A stretch of 64,000 nucleotides of DNA from Hyaloraphidium curvatum SAG 235-1. Lineage: Eukaryota; Fungi; Monoblepharomycota. Location: positions 1-64,000 of the forward strand of contig JAIVFI010000031.1 in the NCBI GenBank assembly GCA_025558095.1, in the 5' to 3' direction. A model generated the notes under the pieces. It saw nothing but the letters and a program-made list of their open reading frames with translations. It did no database searches and was not told where the DNA came from. The position numbers and the translations under genes are program-made. This document shows positions 45,434-57,900 of the stretch, in pieces; position 1 is the stretch's first letter; each line of letters starts with the position of its first letter.

Positions 45434-45868
45434 GGCTGCGCGGAACCCGGGAAACGGAGGCCGATGGCCCGGCTACAAGGCGGGAGGCAAGGGAAACAGG
45501 CACGTTCGGAGATTGACCGGATCGGCGATGATCAACCCGGGCGCCGCACGTTCCAATTACCCGGACATCGACACCAAGCCTTCGTGCTGGAATTGGACAT
45601 CATCGAGGATGGCTTCCACACCGTCTGATGGCGTCTGATCGCTTGGTCACGGGAACTTGAGAGGTTGATCCCAACTACCAGCACGCCCACTGCCGCCTTA
45701 ATGATGACCAAGGGGAATCATGAAAGGGCAAATCACTATCATTCCAACTGCTTCAAGGCCGATCTGAATTGTTCTCCTGTGGTTCGACGCTTAATCAGGC
45801 ACGTGATTGGGATGTGCGGATGTGAGCCGGGGGCGCGAGGAGTCAGCGCCACATCACAACATTCAGTC

Positions 45869-47078
45869 ATGTCGAAGCCAATCAGCGAGCTTACCTTTGC
45901 CGAGGCCATGGGCCGGGTCGGCGACCTCCCGGACCTCGTCACCGTGCCGGCGTCCGCGGCGATTCGGGACGGCCTGAAGGAGATGGCGGCATCCGGAGTT
46001 TCAGTGCTCGCGGTCACGTCGGCGACGTCCGCGGACAAGGTCATCGCCATCGTCGGGTTCCACGACGCCGTTGTGGGTGGAAGTATCGCCTTCCGGGCGG
46101 GGACGGCGCTCATTGTAGCCGGCGGGCCTCGTGGGACACGGAACAGGTCTACCTCGTCAAGAGCTTGACAAAGGACGCCAAGATGGACAAGGCCGCCTTC
46201 GAGGCCCTTCTTGAGCGGCCAATCGACGACCTGCTTACTCTGGATCCCGACCAGGAGTCGTACCGGTCGGGTCATTGTCGACGCCCGTCGTTGCGTCCCT
46301 AACCGGACCGCAACACAGCGTCTACGAACGCGATATCAACGATACCATCGGAGAGACGCTACGGCAGTTTTCCCACGGCCTCCATCGCGCCCTGTGGGTA
46401 GCTTGTTCTCTTGCCTTGTTGTCGCTGACGGTTCCTCCAGGATCACGGACGTGAGGGGCAAGACGGGCCCCCACATCTTCTCGCAATCCGACGTCATCAG
46501 CTACCTCGTTTCCCATCCGGTAAGTGCCACCGACTGAGGCCGTCCTGGATTCGTCCTAGACCTAGTTGCTCCCCGCCCAGGAATCCGCCCCCTCGGACCC
46601 GAGAACGACCACCTTGGAGAGCCTGAAGCTGGACAAGAAGGCCGTGGACAGCATCTCCGACAAGGTCACTGGGCTGGACGGGTTCCGGACCATCGTGGAG
46701 AAGAAGGTGCTCGCCGTCCCGGTGCTGGACGCCGCCGGCAAGGTCGAAGCGACGCTGGCCGTCGGAGGTGGGGCCGAGCGGAAGCGCTTCGTCCGAAAGT
46801 TGGATGTGACGATCTCGCCCCTCCATCCAGACCTCCGAGGGATCACGGGGGACACGGTCGACTCCATCCACGGCCCCGTCGTAGACTTCATCAAGTCCCG
46901 GCGCTTCTCCCACGCCACCGCCGGCGTGCGGCCCCAGGTCACGGCCAAATCGACGCTCCAGGACGTTATGGAGATAATGAAGATGCACCAGGCCCACCGC
47001 GTGTGGGTGGTGGACGCCGAGGGGAAGCCCGTAGGGGTCGTCTCGATGTCGGACGTGATCCGGGCGGTATCGGCCTAG
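45869..47078 (+). CDS. Tandem CBS-domain protein, multi-exon
   Basis: Repeated CBS motifs GVSVLAV, GLHRAL..SQSDVI, KVLAVPVLD, AHRVWVVDAEGKPVGVVSMSDVI. Confidence 0.85.
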
Positions 47079-47316
47079 CGATGCCGGATTAGACAGCTCG
47101 GTGGACATCGAGCACGCGTCGGGAGAATGATTCTTTTGTCACTCGTTCCAGTTGCTGGGAATACAGGGTATATGGCTCAAGTTGTGCGATCGAGCATCGA
47201 AAAAGTTCCTCTCCGTCCGGGCGCCCGTCTCGCACCGTCTTCCAATGAAGGAAGTCCACCAACTCATCCATCGCTTCTCGAATCCAGGTCAGGATGTCCC
47301 GAAAAGCGACCCGAGC

Positions 47317-47771
47317 TCAGCTAAAGCGGGCCTTGATGACCCCGGGCAAGTCCCCGTTCAGCGCCTGCTCACGGAAGAGCATGCGGTTGATTTTGTAGTC
47401 CATGATCACACCCTGTCCACGTAGAGCGGTTCCACAAAGAGGCAGCAAGGAGAAAGAGCCCGATTGCAGGTCCAAACGAGGTTTGCCGCGGCAAGGACGC
47501 CACGCGAGGCGAACAGAACCGTGAGCGAGTGGAGACCCTCCCCACCGCACCGCCCCACCTTGGACCTCCCGTGCTCTATGCACTTGTCCTTGACCGCGTG
47601 CCGCCGCGTGATGCGCGGGTAGGTGTTGAGCGCGAGCTGCGCGCGCCGCCGGGTTGCCGCGGGCTGCTCCGTGTCCCGCACGATGAACCGCAGCGCCTGC
47701 CGCATGACCTCGTTCTCCTGCACGAACTGCCGCGCGAGCTTGTCGCGGATCATCCACGCCACGGGCGCCAT
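47317..47771 (-). CDS. MRP2: Mitochondrial ribosomal protein S14 (uS14m), one intron
   Basis: IRDKLARQ..E..RQALRFI....R.RAQLAL...VKDKCIEHGRSK/GVIMDYKINRMLFREQALNGDLPGVIKA. Confidence 0.9.
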
Positions 47772-48046
47772 TGCCAGCGACTGATTGAACTCGAAGCAGC
47801 CAATGCGACCAAGCCCTTTGACACACAGCTAGAACGTCGGATCCAGTTCTCCCGAAGAGATCCTCCGCGGTTTCGACCGACTTTCCGTGCTGTGTTTGCT
47901 TGCGCGGAACCGTACTTAAGGCGGACATCTGCCTCGGATCTCCCGGACACGCGGAAATCAGAACCATTACGTCCTCAGAGCCGCGAATCACGGCGACTGC
48001 CCTGCTCTCTCGGATCGCCCTCCTTACTCTCTTTCTGGGAACCACC

Positions 48047-48573
48047 ATGTCGTTCCTCTCCACCATCTTCGGCGGCGGCAGCACCGAGACGAAGCCCGCG
48101 CCGGTCCAGAAGACCGACGAGGAGTGGAAGTCCATCCTGACGCCCGAGGCGTACTACGTCCTCCGGAAGCACGGAACAGAGTACGCCGGGACCAGCCCTC
48201 TAAACAGGGAGAAGCGCACGGGGATCTTCCACTGCGGTGGATGTGGAGCCCCTCTCTTCGAGTCGTCGACCAAATACGAGTCCGGGTCGGGATGGCCCAG
48301 CGTGAGTCGCTCGAGATGCCCTGCGCCGAGCTCCCTTGACTCGTCCCGCGATGCCAGTTCTGGGCACCCATCGACGGCGCCATCGAGACCTCGACCGACT
48401 ACAAGATCGGGTACGCACGGACCGAGGTCCACTGCGCGGCATGCCACGGACACCTCGGGCACGTCTTCCGCGACGGGCCCAAGCCCACGGGCCAGCGGTA
48501 CTGCATGAACGGGGTCGCGATGAAGTTCGTGCCCAAGGATGAGGCGGGCAAGCCGGCGGAGGAGAAGATCTGA
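48047..48573 (+). CDS. msrB: Methionine-R-sulfoxide reductase MsrB (Cys form, Zn-binding)
   Basis: [49 protein letters not shown]. Confidence 0.95.
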
Positions 48574-48639
48574 GGCGGTGAAGGGGAAGGTCTGAGGCGA
48601 CAAGAAGTGTATTCCCATTGTGTGCTCGTTCAAGATGTT

Positions 48640-50339
48640 TCAAGCCGCCTCTTCGTCCGTCTCCCACCCCGAATCGTCCGGCGAACCCTCGTCCCCCTCG
48701 AGCACCTCGATCTGCGCCTGCGGCTCCGCGTCCGACCCCTCATCGTCGGCAAGCTCCTCAGCGACGAAGTCGCCGTCGTCCGCCTGGTCGTGATGGTGGT
48801 GCCCGAAGTAGGGTCCCAGCCCCTCGCCGTCATCGCCGTCCCCGGCCTCCCAGTCCACGTGGTCTCCGTCGCTGCTCCCGCTCCCGTCCTCCCCCTCCCA
48901 ATCCACCCCCTCCTGCCCCTCCTCCCAGTCCGCCGGCTCGGACCCAAAGTCGCTGCTGTGCTCGCTCCCCGAAAAGTCGCTCAGATCGCTCATCTCCTCC
49001 TCGAAAGTGCCCGAGGACGAGTCCCAGTCTGTGCCCTCCTCCTGCCCGCCCTCGGTGTCGGATGACTGCGACCACTCCGATACCCCGCCATCGCCGTCCT
49101 CGCCCGCGTTCTCTTTCGCGCGCTGCTCCTCCTTCTCCTTCTCGTCAGGGAACACGAAGTGGAAAAGCCGCTTGCGCCAGATCCTGCGGATGTCCTCGAG
49201 GATGCCGTCCTTGTGGAAGCGGTCGCAGGCGTACTTGACGAGGGGCTTGGGGAGGTCCGTCCCGAGGAGGAAGCCGGCGACGTGCTCGAGGACCTGGTGC
49301 GCGGAATCGATCTGGTCCTGGGCCATGCTCCAGAGGCGCTCGACGAAGCGACCTTTCGAACAGTTGTCAGCGAAAAGAAGACGCATGCCAGCAAGCGGAA
49401 TCACGCACGTAGTTTGTACTTGTCCCAATCGACCCAGTGGAAGACGGGCGCGGCAAAGTCGAACGGCCAGAAGGTAAAGTCGCCGTCCTGGTGGTTCGCC
49501 TCGTGCTCGTCGCTCCAGCACTGCTGCATCGAGTCCAGCATGTCCAGCACGTTGGTGAACTCGGACAGGGCGCCGTGCTCGGCCAGCAGCCGGCCGAGCT
49601 CCGAGAAGCGCGTCGGGAGCTCCCTCACGATGCGCTTGTACTCTTCGGGGTCCCACTGGACGTCCGTCGGCATCTCGAACTTGGGGATCCTTTCCAAGGC
49701 GGCCATGAGCACCTTTTCGCCCATGACGCCACCGGCCATTCGCCGCGACTTGCGCACGACGGGGGCCAGGAAGTACTTGACGAAGCGGCCGACGCCGGAC
49801 CAGAAGGCGGCGAGATCCGCGGCGCCGGGCGGCGGCAGGTTGATTTGAGAAGGCTGCGCCGCCGGGGTCGCGGCGGCAGGCGTCTGCACGGGCGATTTCG
49901 GAGCCGGGGGCGTGTGCTGGCCCCCCGGCGCGGGCTCCTCCCCGTCTCCCTCCCCTTCCCTGTCGTCCTGGGGCTGATCAAAGTACTTGTTGGCCGGTGG
50001 CGGCGGTTTCTCGCCGAAAAACACGCTGTAGTCCGTGCCGGCCTTTCGCAGGACGTCCACGAGGAGGTACGGCATCCGCAGCTTGACCGACTCGAGCAGC
50101 AGCCCACTGGCCCGGAAGCCCTTGGACAGCTTCGACACGGTATAGAGGTCCACCAGCGGCAGATAGGAGAAGATAATGCGGTGCAGCTCGGGCGGGATGG
50201 ACTCGAGCGGGCACTCGGGCGCGGGCTCGGACCGCCGCCGCTTGCGCGCGCTGCGGGCCGCCGGGGTGCCCGCGGGCGTGGCGTCGGCCGTCGCGGCGTC
50301 CTGCGCTTTGCGCTTGCGGTTCGGGGCGGGCGTCGACAT
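48640..50339 (-). CDS. F-box protein with NLS-like N-terminus and long acidic tail
   Basis: RKRK/RKRRR; LESIPPELHRIIFSYLPLVDLYTVSKLSKGFR; D/E-rich C-terminus; one intron near 49360-49410. Confidence 0.78.
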
Positions 50340-50454
50340 CGCGCTGACGCCTGGAAGAAAGAAGTTGAAGACAAAGCTGGGACGCGTGCTACCTGCGCAA
50401 ATAGATCAGAGGCGTCGCCGACAACAGGCCGGAGAGCTGCGACGATTCCATCAG

Positions 50455-51784
50455 CTACATCTTGGACTCGAGGAAAATGTCCCTCCCGTTCCACTCCTCC
50501 CTCAACCAGCGGTCCAGCTTCAGCATACCCGGATGGATCTTCCTGAGCGCCTCCGGGTCCGCCTGCAACCAATCAGCACGCCATGAACACGACAAAGCGC
50601 GCAAAGACCCACGGAAAAGATCAGGTTCTTGGAGCTCCCCTTGGCCTGCCCCACGCCGGGCCGCATGGGCAGCTGCGACGGGTCGGCGCGGCGGTGGATG
50701 AACCGTCTGCCCGTGAACTTTGCGAACTGCGGGACGGGAACGTCAGCTGCGATAGACAAGAAAGAAAGAAGTGAAAGGACCTCGGCGGCGGCCTCGTCGT
50801 ACGAGAGGATCTGCGACGCCAGCTCGAGCTCCTTGCCGTAGTACTGCTCCGAGTTGGCCAGCATGTGTGCTGCGAACCAGCCGATGTCTGGCAGACGTAG
50901 CAACGGGTGAGCTCCGGAGAATGCGCCGGGGAGCTGGCGACCCACCGCGGACGGCAACGAATCGCATGCGCACGCGGCCGGGGTAGGCGTTGACGATCTC
51001 GGTGTCGGTGCTCTTGACAAGCGAGTTACCGGGATCGTTCCACTGTCAAAAATCAGTCAGAACAAGGACAAAGGGTTGCAAGATGAACAGCAGACGTTGT
51101 CAAAGAACATGCAGCTGAAGCGGGCAAGTCAGGCTCCGTCCAATAGAACAGAGACGGCCGACCCACGGCTTCAGGATGGCGAACTTCATCCCGTGCGCGG
51201 GCGCGGCCTTCTTGAGGTGCCGGGCAATGTCGATCTTGGTCTGCGAACGCGAGATTCTTGAGGTGCTGAAGGGCAGTCAGTTCGCCGCGCGTTTGACCCA
51301 CATTCCAGTAGTGGATCCCGCAGTAGTCGTCCGTCAGCCCACCAACCGACGTGCTGCGGCGAAAGCATGCTCAGCAGAGGCAAGCAGCACCGCCCGCGGT
51401 CCCCACAAGAGGAAGAACTTGACCCCCGCCTCGATCGCCGCGTCCACCGCATTCACGCCCATCTCCGTCTCCCTCTCTACCCTGTCCCTCGCCACCGCAG
51501 TCACGCAGAACACCTTCTCCGCCCCCGCAAAGGCTTTGGCGAGCGACGCGCGGTCCATCATGTCGCCCTGCACGATCTCCACCGAGCCCTCGGGGAACGC
51601 GCCCTTGAGCGCGTCGGGGCTGCGCACCACGCAGCGGATGTGGAATTTGCCGGGATGCTCCTTGAGGAGGGCCTCGACGGTGGCCTTGCCCTGCTTGCCG
51701 GTGACGCCTGCTCGGGACGGGAGTTGGCTCGGGCGGCGCGGGGGTGGCGGGCGGCGCACCGGTGACTGCCACGATGGGCGCCAT
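50455..51784 (-). CDS. NmrA-like NAD(P)-binding protein, multi-exon, C-terminal SKM
   Basis: IVAVT/GVTGKQGKATV, VQGDM, GVNAVDAAIEAGVK, HYW/TK, ILKP/CMFFDN, DIGWFAA, ELELAS; ends FLESKM*. Confidence 0.85.
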
Positions 51785-52467
51785 GGCTGCGGAACCGGCC
51801 TTTCGACGCGGCGTTTGGACGCGTTCGGAGTGTTCAGGCGCGTCGGGAGACAGTTGCAGGGCAGTCGTGGCTGGCAGCCAGCGTCCAGCACACCGCGTCT
51901 AAAGCGTACACGCGTGCCCCAGGTGCCAAGACCAAGCCATCATCTTTGTCCATAGGAAGCCTTGGAAAGAATGAGAGGACAAAAGCTCGGGAATCCACCT
52001 CGTTTCGGTTGATTCTTTGCACGAGACTAGCTGACCGAACTGTTGCTTACGGTGTAGAGGACAAAGATGTTTGTCCTTTTTATGCTAGGTGCAATCATAA
52101 GCATGATTGGAAGGCGCACGGCCGAAGCAAGTGACAGCGAGGCCTACGGGCACCACCTCGCGCTCGCCTACGCCCCCCTGGCCTACCTCTGCTCCCCATC
52201 GGATCAGTCACGCGACGACGCCCTCAAACCCTTCATCGACCCCGCGTCCCGCACCAGCAAGACCCGAACTGCGGCGTCGTTTACGCAGCTTCATGGTCAT
52301 GGTGGTCGGCAAATCGGTGAAACTCCCAGGCGATGGGATTCGCGGGGCCGGCTCTGCGGGTCCTACTTATTGCCAAACACATCTCCGCCTTCCCGCCACG
52401 CGTCCGCCTCTGCCACGGCGGGTCGGCCCACTCGGATCACCGCACTCGCCGCCACGCCTCCGCCAAC

Positions 52468-53044
52468 ATGTCCGTCCTCGCGCAGAAGGTCGCCGCCGGG
52501 CTTTGGGGCGTCTGGGGCTTTTTGCACATCTGGGTGCCGTACGATGGCTGGAAAACCTACCACGGCGAGGGCCTGAAGGGGCAGTGGCACGCGATTACGG
52601 GCGGTGCCGACGCGCCGCGTTCGGAGGTGGGTCGCCTCGCCGCGCAGCGCAACCGTGCGGCTGACGCGCTCCGAAGCTGGGCGTGACCGGCACCAACGCC
52701 AACGCGCTCTCGTCGCTGATGCTCAACTTCGTCAACGACGTCGGCGGTTACGGCATCCTCGGCCTCGTCCTCGCTCGCCGGATGTGGATTAAGCCGCGCT
52801 GGGAAGATTAACTCTTGGGCGTCGGGCTCGTCGGCATCGCTGACCTGTTGGTTCCGGCGCTCGTCGATCAGGCCGCGCTGACGAAAGCCTCCTTCACAGA
52901 TCGTTCCTGTTCCTGCTGGTCTGGCCGAACCGCGTCATCGAGATGAGCTTCCCGGTGCTGCTGGGGCCCCTGGTGTGGTTCGCGGCCGTGCTGGTGACGC
53001 CGTTCGCGCTGCCAAAAGCCGGGAGCTCCACCAAGGAGGAGTAG
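52468..53044 (+). pseudogene. Small 4-TM membrane protein (2 introns) with an in-frame TAA at 52809-52811
   Basis: LWGVWGFLHIW...NFVNDVGGYGILGLVLA..W...WED*LLGVGLVGIADL/SFLFLLVWP...GPLVWFAAVLVT; the frame and splice sites are intact around the stop. Confidence 0.65.
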
Positions 53045-53427
53045 GACATCCCCTTAGACTACATCGGAAGGCATGGCTTGTGCAGCATACATTGCATCCT
53101 CACGGTGCAAGGATGATATGAATCCGAGTTGGCAAGCCCGAAAGGAAGCATCCAGGAGCAGTCATAAAATCCTTCTTCTAACGTGGGATTTCATCGCTTC
53201 GGTCTCTGCTCGGAGATGGATGTCGTCCGCGTGAACGGAGCTGTCCGTTCTGGGACCGCGGCATCAACTCGGAAGACTCCATTTCCCTCTCCCCCACGAG
53301 CTCTTGCCCCGGCGACTCGCCCTTTTAACCCCGTGAACAGGCGCATCGCGTGACTCGCTCGCGGCGACGCCCGCGACTTTAGTCCTGCGCGCCACAGGGG
53401 AGGTCGGAAACTCCACCCGTCTGAGCC

Positions 53428-54709
53428 ATGCCGCCGAGGAAGAAGAAGGTCCCCGCGCCGCTCTCCTCCTACGATATCGTCTCCTCCCGTAAGAATTCGT
53501 GCCGGCTGTTGCTCTTCGCCCCGCGGGCTGACCCGACGTGACTCCCCGGCCTCCGTGTTCAAGAGACAACGAATGGCCGTCAGAAGTTCCCCGTCGAAGT
53601 GCTCCGCATGATCTTCAGCTACGCGCCCGACGCCGCCCTCTTCAACGCCCTGATGACCTGCCGCCTCTGGTTCATCATGGCCGCCCCCGTGCTGTGGCGC
53701 GACGGCCCCTGCTTCCGCAGGCTGGACCAGATGTACTCGTTCCTCTTCTCCAACTACACGGCCGAGGCGTACGCGGCGGGGAAGCGCAAGCCGGCCGACG
53801 GGTCGCGGAGGAAGCCGCTGCGGCTCAAGGACAGGGACGAGAAGGAGTTCAAGCTGCCGTACCTGTCGTTCGTCAGGCGGCTGCTGCCCGACCGGACGCA
53901 GCACCCGCGGGACGCCAACAACGATGAAAAGGCGCGGCTGTACGGGCGGTGCACCGGGCTCGAGCACGTCCACTTTGGCGAGTTCCACTTCAACAGCGAG
54001 GTGCAACTATCTGGCAAAGATCTCTACACTTGAACTGAAGCGCCTTCCCTCGCCCACAGTGCCTCGACCAACTTGCCAAAAAGGCTAACGCCAAGCTCAA
54101 GCACCTCCACCTGGAGTGGCTCATCAAGGACCAGCGCAACGTCGTCTCCTTCCTCGAATCGTTCCCCAAGCTGGAGTCGCTCGAGATCGTCAACTCGGCC
54201 TTCTTCGACGACACCGTCCTCATCGCCCTCTCCTACTCACACGGGACGAAGATGAAGCGGCTCGTCCTCAACCGCACCTGCGTGAGCGCGTTCGGCCTGC
54301 GGGTGGCGCTGCCCCGCTTCGCAGCTCTCGGGGAGCTGGACCTGTCGTACAAGGTGATCCGGTACGGCGAGCAGTCCGTGCCCATCTCCGACCGGGTGCT
54401 TGACACGGTCGCGGAGCACGGAAAGCACTTGAGGGTGCTCCGGATCCGGGAGCACCCGGCGGGGACCATGACCGAAGGAGGGTGGGTTTCTTCCGAATCG
54501 CACCGCCTCGAACCCACCTTTCTGACTCGACAACGACCCCCAGGGTGCTCAAGCTGATCGCGTCGATGCCCAACCTGGAGCTGCTCGACGCCACCGGCAA
54601 TGCCAGCCTGTCGGGGGGCGAGAGGATCGCCGAGGGCGGGGCGTGGGACGCGGCGAGGCTGGAGCTGATGGGGAAGCCGCCCAAGCCGGCGCCCGTCGTG
54701 AGCGAATGA
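53428..54709 (+). CDS. F-box/leucine-rich-repeat (RNI-like) protein, multi-exon
   Basis: FPVEVLRMIFSY...ALMTCRLWFIMAAPVLW; YLSFVRRL; LRR units LKHLHL, FPKLESLEI, LGELDLS, MPNLELLD. Confidence 0.82.
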
Positions 54710-54818
54710 GGAGAAAGGGGAGCGCGAAGATCGGGACCGGGGCTGCGTCGACTTTTTCGGCAATGTGCCTTCCATATCACTTTGATTCAGTTTCGATAGA
54801 TTGATCAGGATACCGACC

Positions 54819-55967
54819 TCAAGCGCGGGCTTCCACCGCTTCCTCCTCGCGGATCTTTGCCGCCAGCGCCTCGCTCTCCTCGTAGAGCTGCTCGCCCACG
54901 GCAACCCAGAACCTCCGCCTGGCCAGCGTGGCCGCGGCCCACGCCTGGCTCCCGGCCGTCGGGTTCATCCCATGCCCCGAGGCCGGGTAACCGTCCCACA
55001 GCCCCTCTGCGACCATCGCGCGGAGCTTCCGCCCCGCAAAGTTCTCCGCCGCCCGCGGTAGCATCCCCGAGAACACCCCCAGCCTCGGCGAGCTCGCCGC
55101 GGGCGAGTCCCCGAGCCTGCCGAACGGGTCGCCGACCAGGACCAGGATCTCGAGGTTGTCCGCGTGAGCGGCGAAGATTTGCGAGAGGAGAAGCACCGAG
55201 AGCGCGTCGACGGGCTCGCCGATGTTGCACCTTCGCACCGAGAGCTCAGCGAGCATGGGATGCGCGCAGAGGAAGTCCGAAAGGTCCTGCAGGGAGATGG
55301 TGCAGCCCCGGAGGTCGAGCGAACGGAGACAGACGAGGCCGGGGCGGGACAGGCGGAAGGCGGCGAATGAGGCGTCCCAGTTGCGCAGGGTGAGGGAGGA
55401 GAGAGCGGGGAGAGAGCGGGCGACGACCGGGGCAAAGGCGAGAGGCACGCGCGAGGGGGTGCAGCGCAGGTCCAGGGCGCGCAGGCTGGATCCGAAGGCG
55501 GTGAGGACGCGTGGTCCGGGGAGGCGGAGGGTCGGGTCGGCCGGGTCCTCGAACGCGTTGGGATCGGTCATGGACCGGAGGTGCGCCAGGGCGAAGCCCG
55601 GCGCCGGGGGCTCGCGCCGGGGAGGAAACACGTCCGTTCCGGTGAGAAGCAGGGTAGCCCGGCGTGCCCAGCGCGAGTACGCGGCCAGGCGATGTTCCGG
55701 CGCATCGAGGAGTAGTTGCGCCGTGGCTCCGTCGAGGTCCAGGTCCGCGTGCAGCAAAGGACACGCCGCATCGAACCACAGGTGTGACACCCGCAGAGCA
55801 CGAGTGAGCGATGGGCGGTCGAGCAGCGACAGGGCGTGCTGCAGGACCTCGAACGGGAGGTCCGCGATCGTCGGTCGCGGCGCGTCGGCGGGAGACGTCC
55901 GGGCGCCGGATCCCGGCGATGTCCCGCCGTCGTCGGCAGAAGGTTCCAAAGAGTCCGTTTCGATCAT
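54819..55967 (-). CDS. F-box/LRR protein, intronless
   Basis: IADLPFEVLQHALSLL...ALRVSHLWFDAACPLL; LRALDL, LSSLTL, LRSLDLRGC, LAELSV, LEILVL. Confidence 0.8.
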   Translation of the reverse strand: MIETDSLEPSADDGGTSPGSGARTSPADAPRPTIADLPFEVLQHALSLLDRPSLTRALRVSHLWFDAACPLLHADLDLDGATAQLLLDAPEHRLAAYSRWARRATLLLTGTDVFPPRREPPAPGFALAHLRSMTDPNAFEDPADPTLRLPGPRVLTAFGSSLRALDLRCTPSRVPLAFAPVVARSLPALSSLTLRNWDASFAAFRLSRPGLVCLRSLDLRGCTISLQDLSDFLCAHPMLAELSVRRCNIGEPVDALSVLLLSQIFAAHADNLEILVLVGDPFGRLGDSPAASSPRLGVFSGMLPRAAENFAGRKLRAMVAEGLWDGYPASGHGMNPTAGSQAWAAATLARRRFWVAVGEQLYEESEALAAKIREEEAVEARA

Positions 55968-56289
55968 TTCCAACCGAAGTTCTGAACAATTGCTCGCGGT
56001 TCGAAGTGCGGCTGTTCCAGTCCCGGGCCGACTCACTCCATATCCACGCCGACGGCGCGTCCGAGACCACACGGCAACGCAGAGCTGAACAAGAGGATGC
56101 TTCGCGTCAAAAGAAATGGTACTTGAGCGCGATTCCGCCGTGGGAAGGAACGATTTTGGCAGCTGAAGCTTATGCGATCGAGCTGCGGCTCGGCTCGCCA
56201 CGCACGACGAATCCCTCTTCAGCCCCTGGCGCGAGGCGAGTGCGGAAGACCTCTGCAACCAGAGAGCCCCAGTCCTCATTGCTCCTGAG

Positions 56290-57900
56290 CTAGTTGATGT
56301 GATTCACTAACGATGCAAACCTTCTGGCTTGAAGATATTCTTCTCCTGCCAAGAGCAAACCCCATCACAGATAGGCCTTCTTGAAGTCTGGACAGCTGGC
56401 AAACAGCGGCTTAAGCCAATAGTAGCCTCAGCAGTGACAGAGGCTATTGAGGCTGTAATCAATATCAGTTTGATGCACTTCCTCCAATTGCAAATGAAAT
56501 ACCCCTGGCATCAAGCTTTCCTAAGTCCATCAGCATGCCATGAACACCAGTGGTTGTTCTGACGAAGACAGGGTCCCATTTGGCCCGGATGAAAGCCGCA
56601 TGAATTCACAAAATAGGGGCTTTTGAGGCCAGAACTGCAATGTCTGACTTACAGCACCCTGATCAACTTGGTTGCTGATTCCTAGGGCCTCAGCAGCGCA
56701 GATCACTCACTGATCAAACAAGGGATTGGATTGAGGAAGCGGTGGTTGCCTCTGCGGTGCGTGATGGCACCCGAAAACCCAAAACTATGGCCTCTTCCTC
56801 CCCTTCATCAGGGGTCCCAAGAACCATTGCAACTCGCTTTCCTGGTGCAAAGGAGGTTTCATTCCTGCTTTTTGTCGTCCCTCCGGACGATGGCAACGGC
56901 CAGATACCGGTGTTCACAACCACCCCATACGAGGGGAGTGCGTGCCGATGCGTCGCAAAATGCCCCCACTGCGAGCACATTGCCAGCCTCCGCGGCTATG
57001 ACGGTAAATTGAAGCCAGACACGCTTTTTTGAACCATTAAATGCCTACTTGTTGACCCACTTCTCCTCCCCGTGCCGGAAATCTCATTTCTGGGGTCTCC
57101 AGGGCAACTTGCCGCCAATATCAACAAGCACATCCGTTCTAAGCATCCAAGAATGTCCAGGGTCAAGAGCAACCGCAAACGTGGCCACCGGGTGGTGAGT
57201 TGTGGTGCCAGGCAGAACTGGTACCAAGCCTCTGAGATTAATATCTTTTACCTCATTACACCTTTTGCCACCTCATTTTCTTGACCCAGAATCCAAACAA
57301 GCCTGGCATGAAGTCCAGGAAGCGCAGCAAACGATCCAACAGCTCCAAAGCAGCTTGGAATGGTGGGTTTTTGGACATGAAAACCGCATTTCTCCCGCCG
57401 GAAACCATCAAAGCATCGGCCACAAGTGCACCAAAAAAGCTACCAGACGCATCCCTTGGGCTGGCAGCAAAGCCTGGGGAGCAGGATTGCCGGGAGAACG
57501 TAGACAGTGCCATTGATGAAGCTAGCAGGCATGCAATTGGGATGGAGCTCACCATGCTTCCACCCCTGAAGCATCCTTTGGAGCTCTTGGACACTTCTGT
57601 GCTGACCTATGGGTTGCAGTGCCTTGACATTGTGCCCAACGACCGGTCTTTTGGTTGTGCAATGGATGATGGGGGTTTGTACATGGTTTACCAGGATGTG
57701 ATGCAGGAAAACGGCTCTTGGTGGGCAGTGTGACCGGTGGACTTTTGATTCATTCAAGCGATGCTGGTCGTTGTTGTTGGCTTCTGCAGCGCTTCTTTGT
57801 GTTGAAGGGAGGGGGGCAGGGGAGATGGTCTGATGTTCAGCAGCCAGGACCAGTGAAATTATAACAGCGAATCCCGGAATGGTTGCATATGGGACCCATT
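56290..57900. mobile_element. Lower-GC, CpG-depleted island with a BED-like zinc-finger remnant (probable decayed DNA transposon)
   Basis: Sharp composition shift (TG/CA rich, CG poor); + strand AKCPHC...NINKHIRSKHP; stop-interrupted frames; no transposase core recognised. Confidence 0.5.

Noticed and set aside
48047-48573. MsrB as a selenoprotein (some early-diverging fungi use Sec)
   Set aside because: The catalytic residue is TGC (RYCMN); no in-frame TGA.
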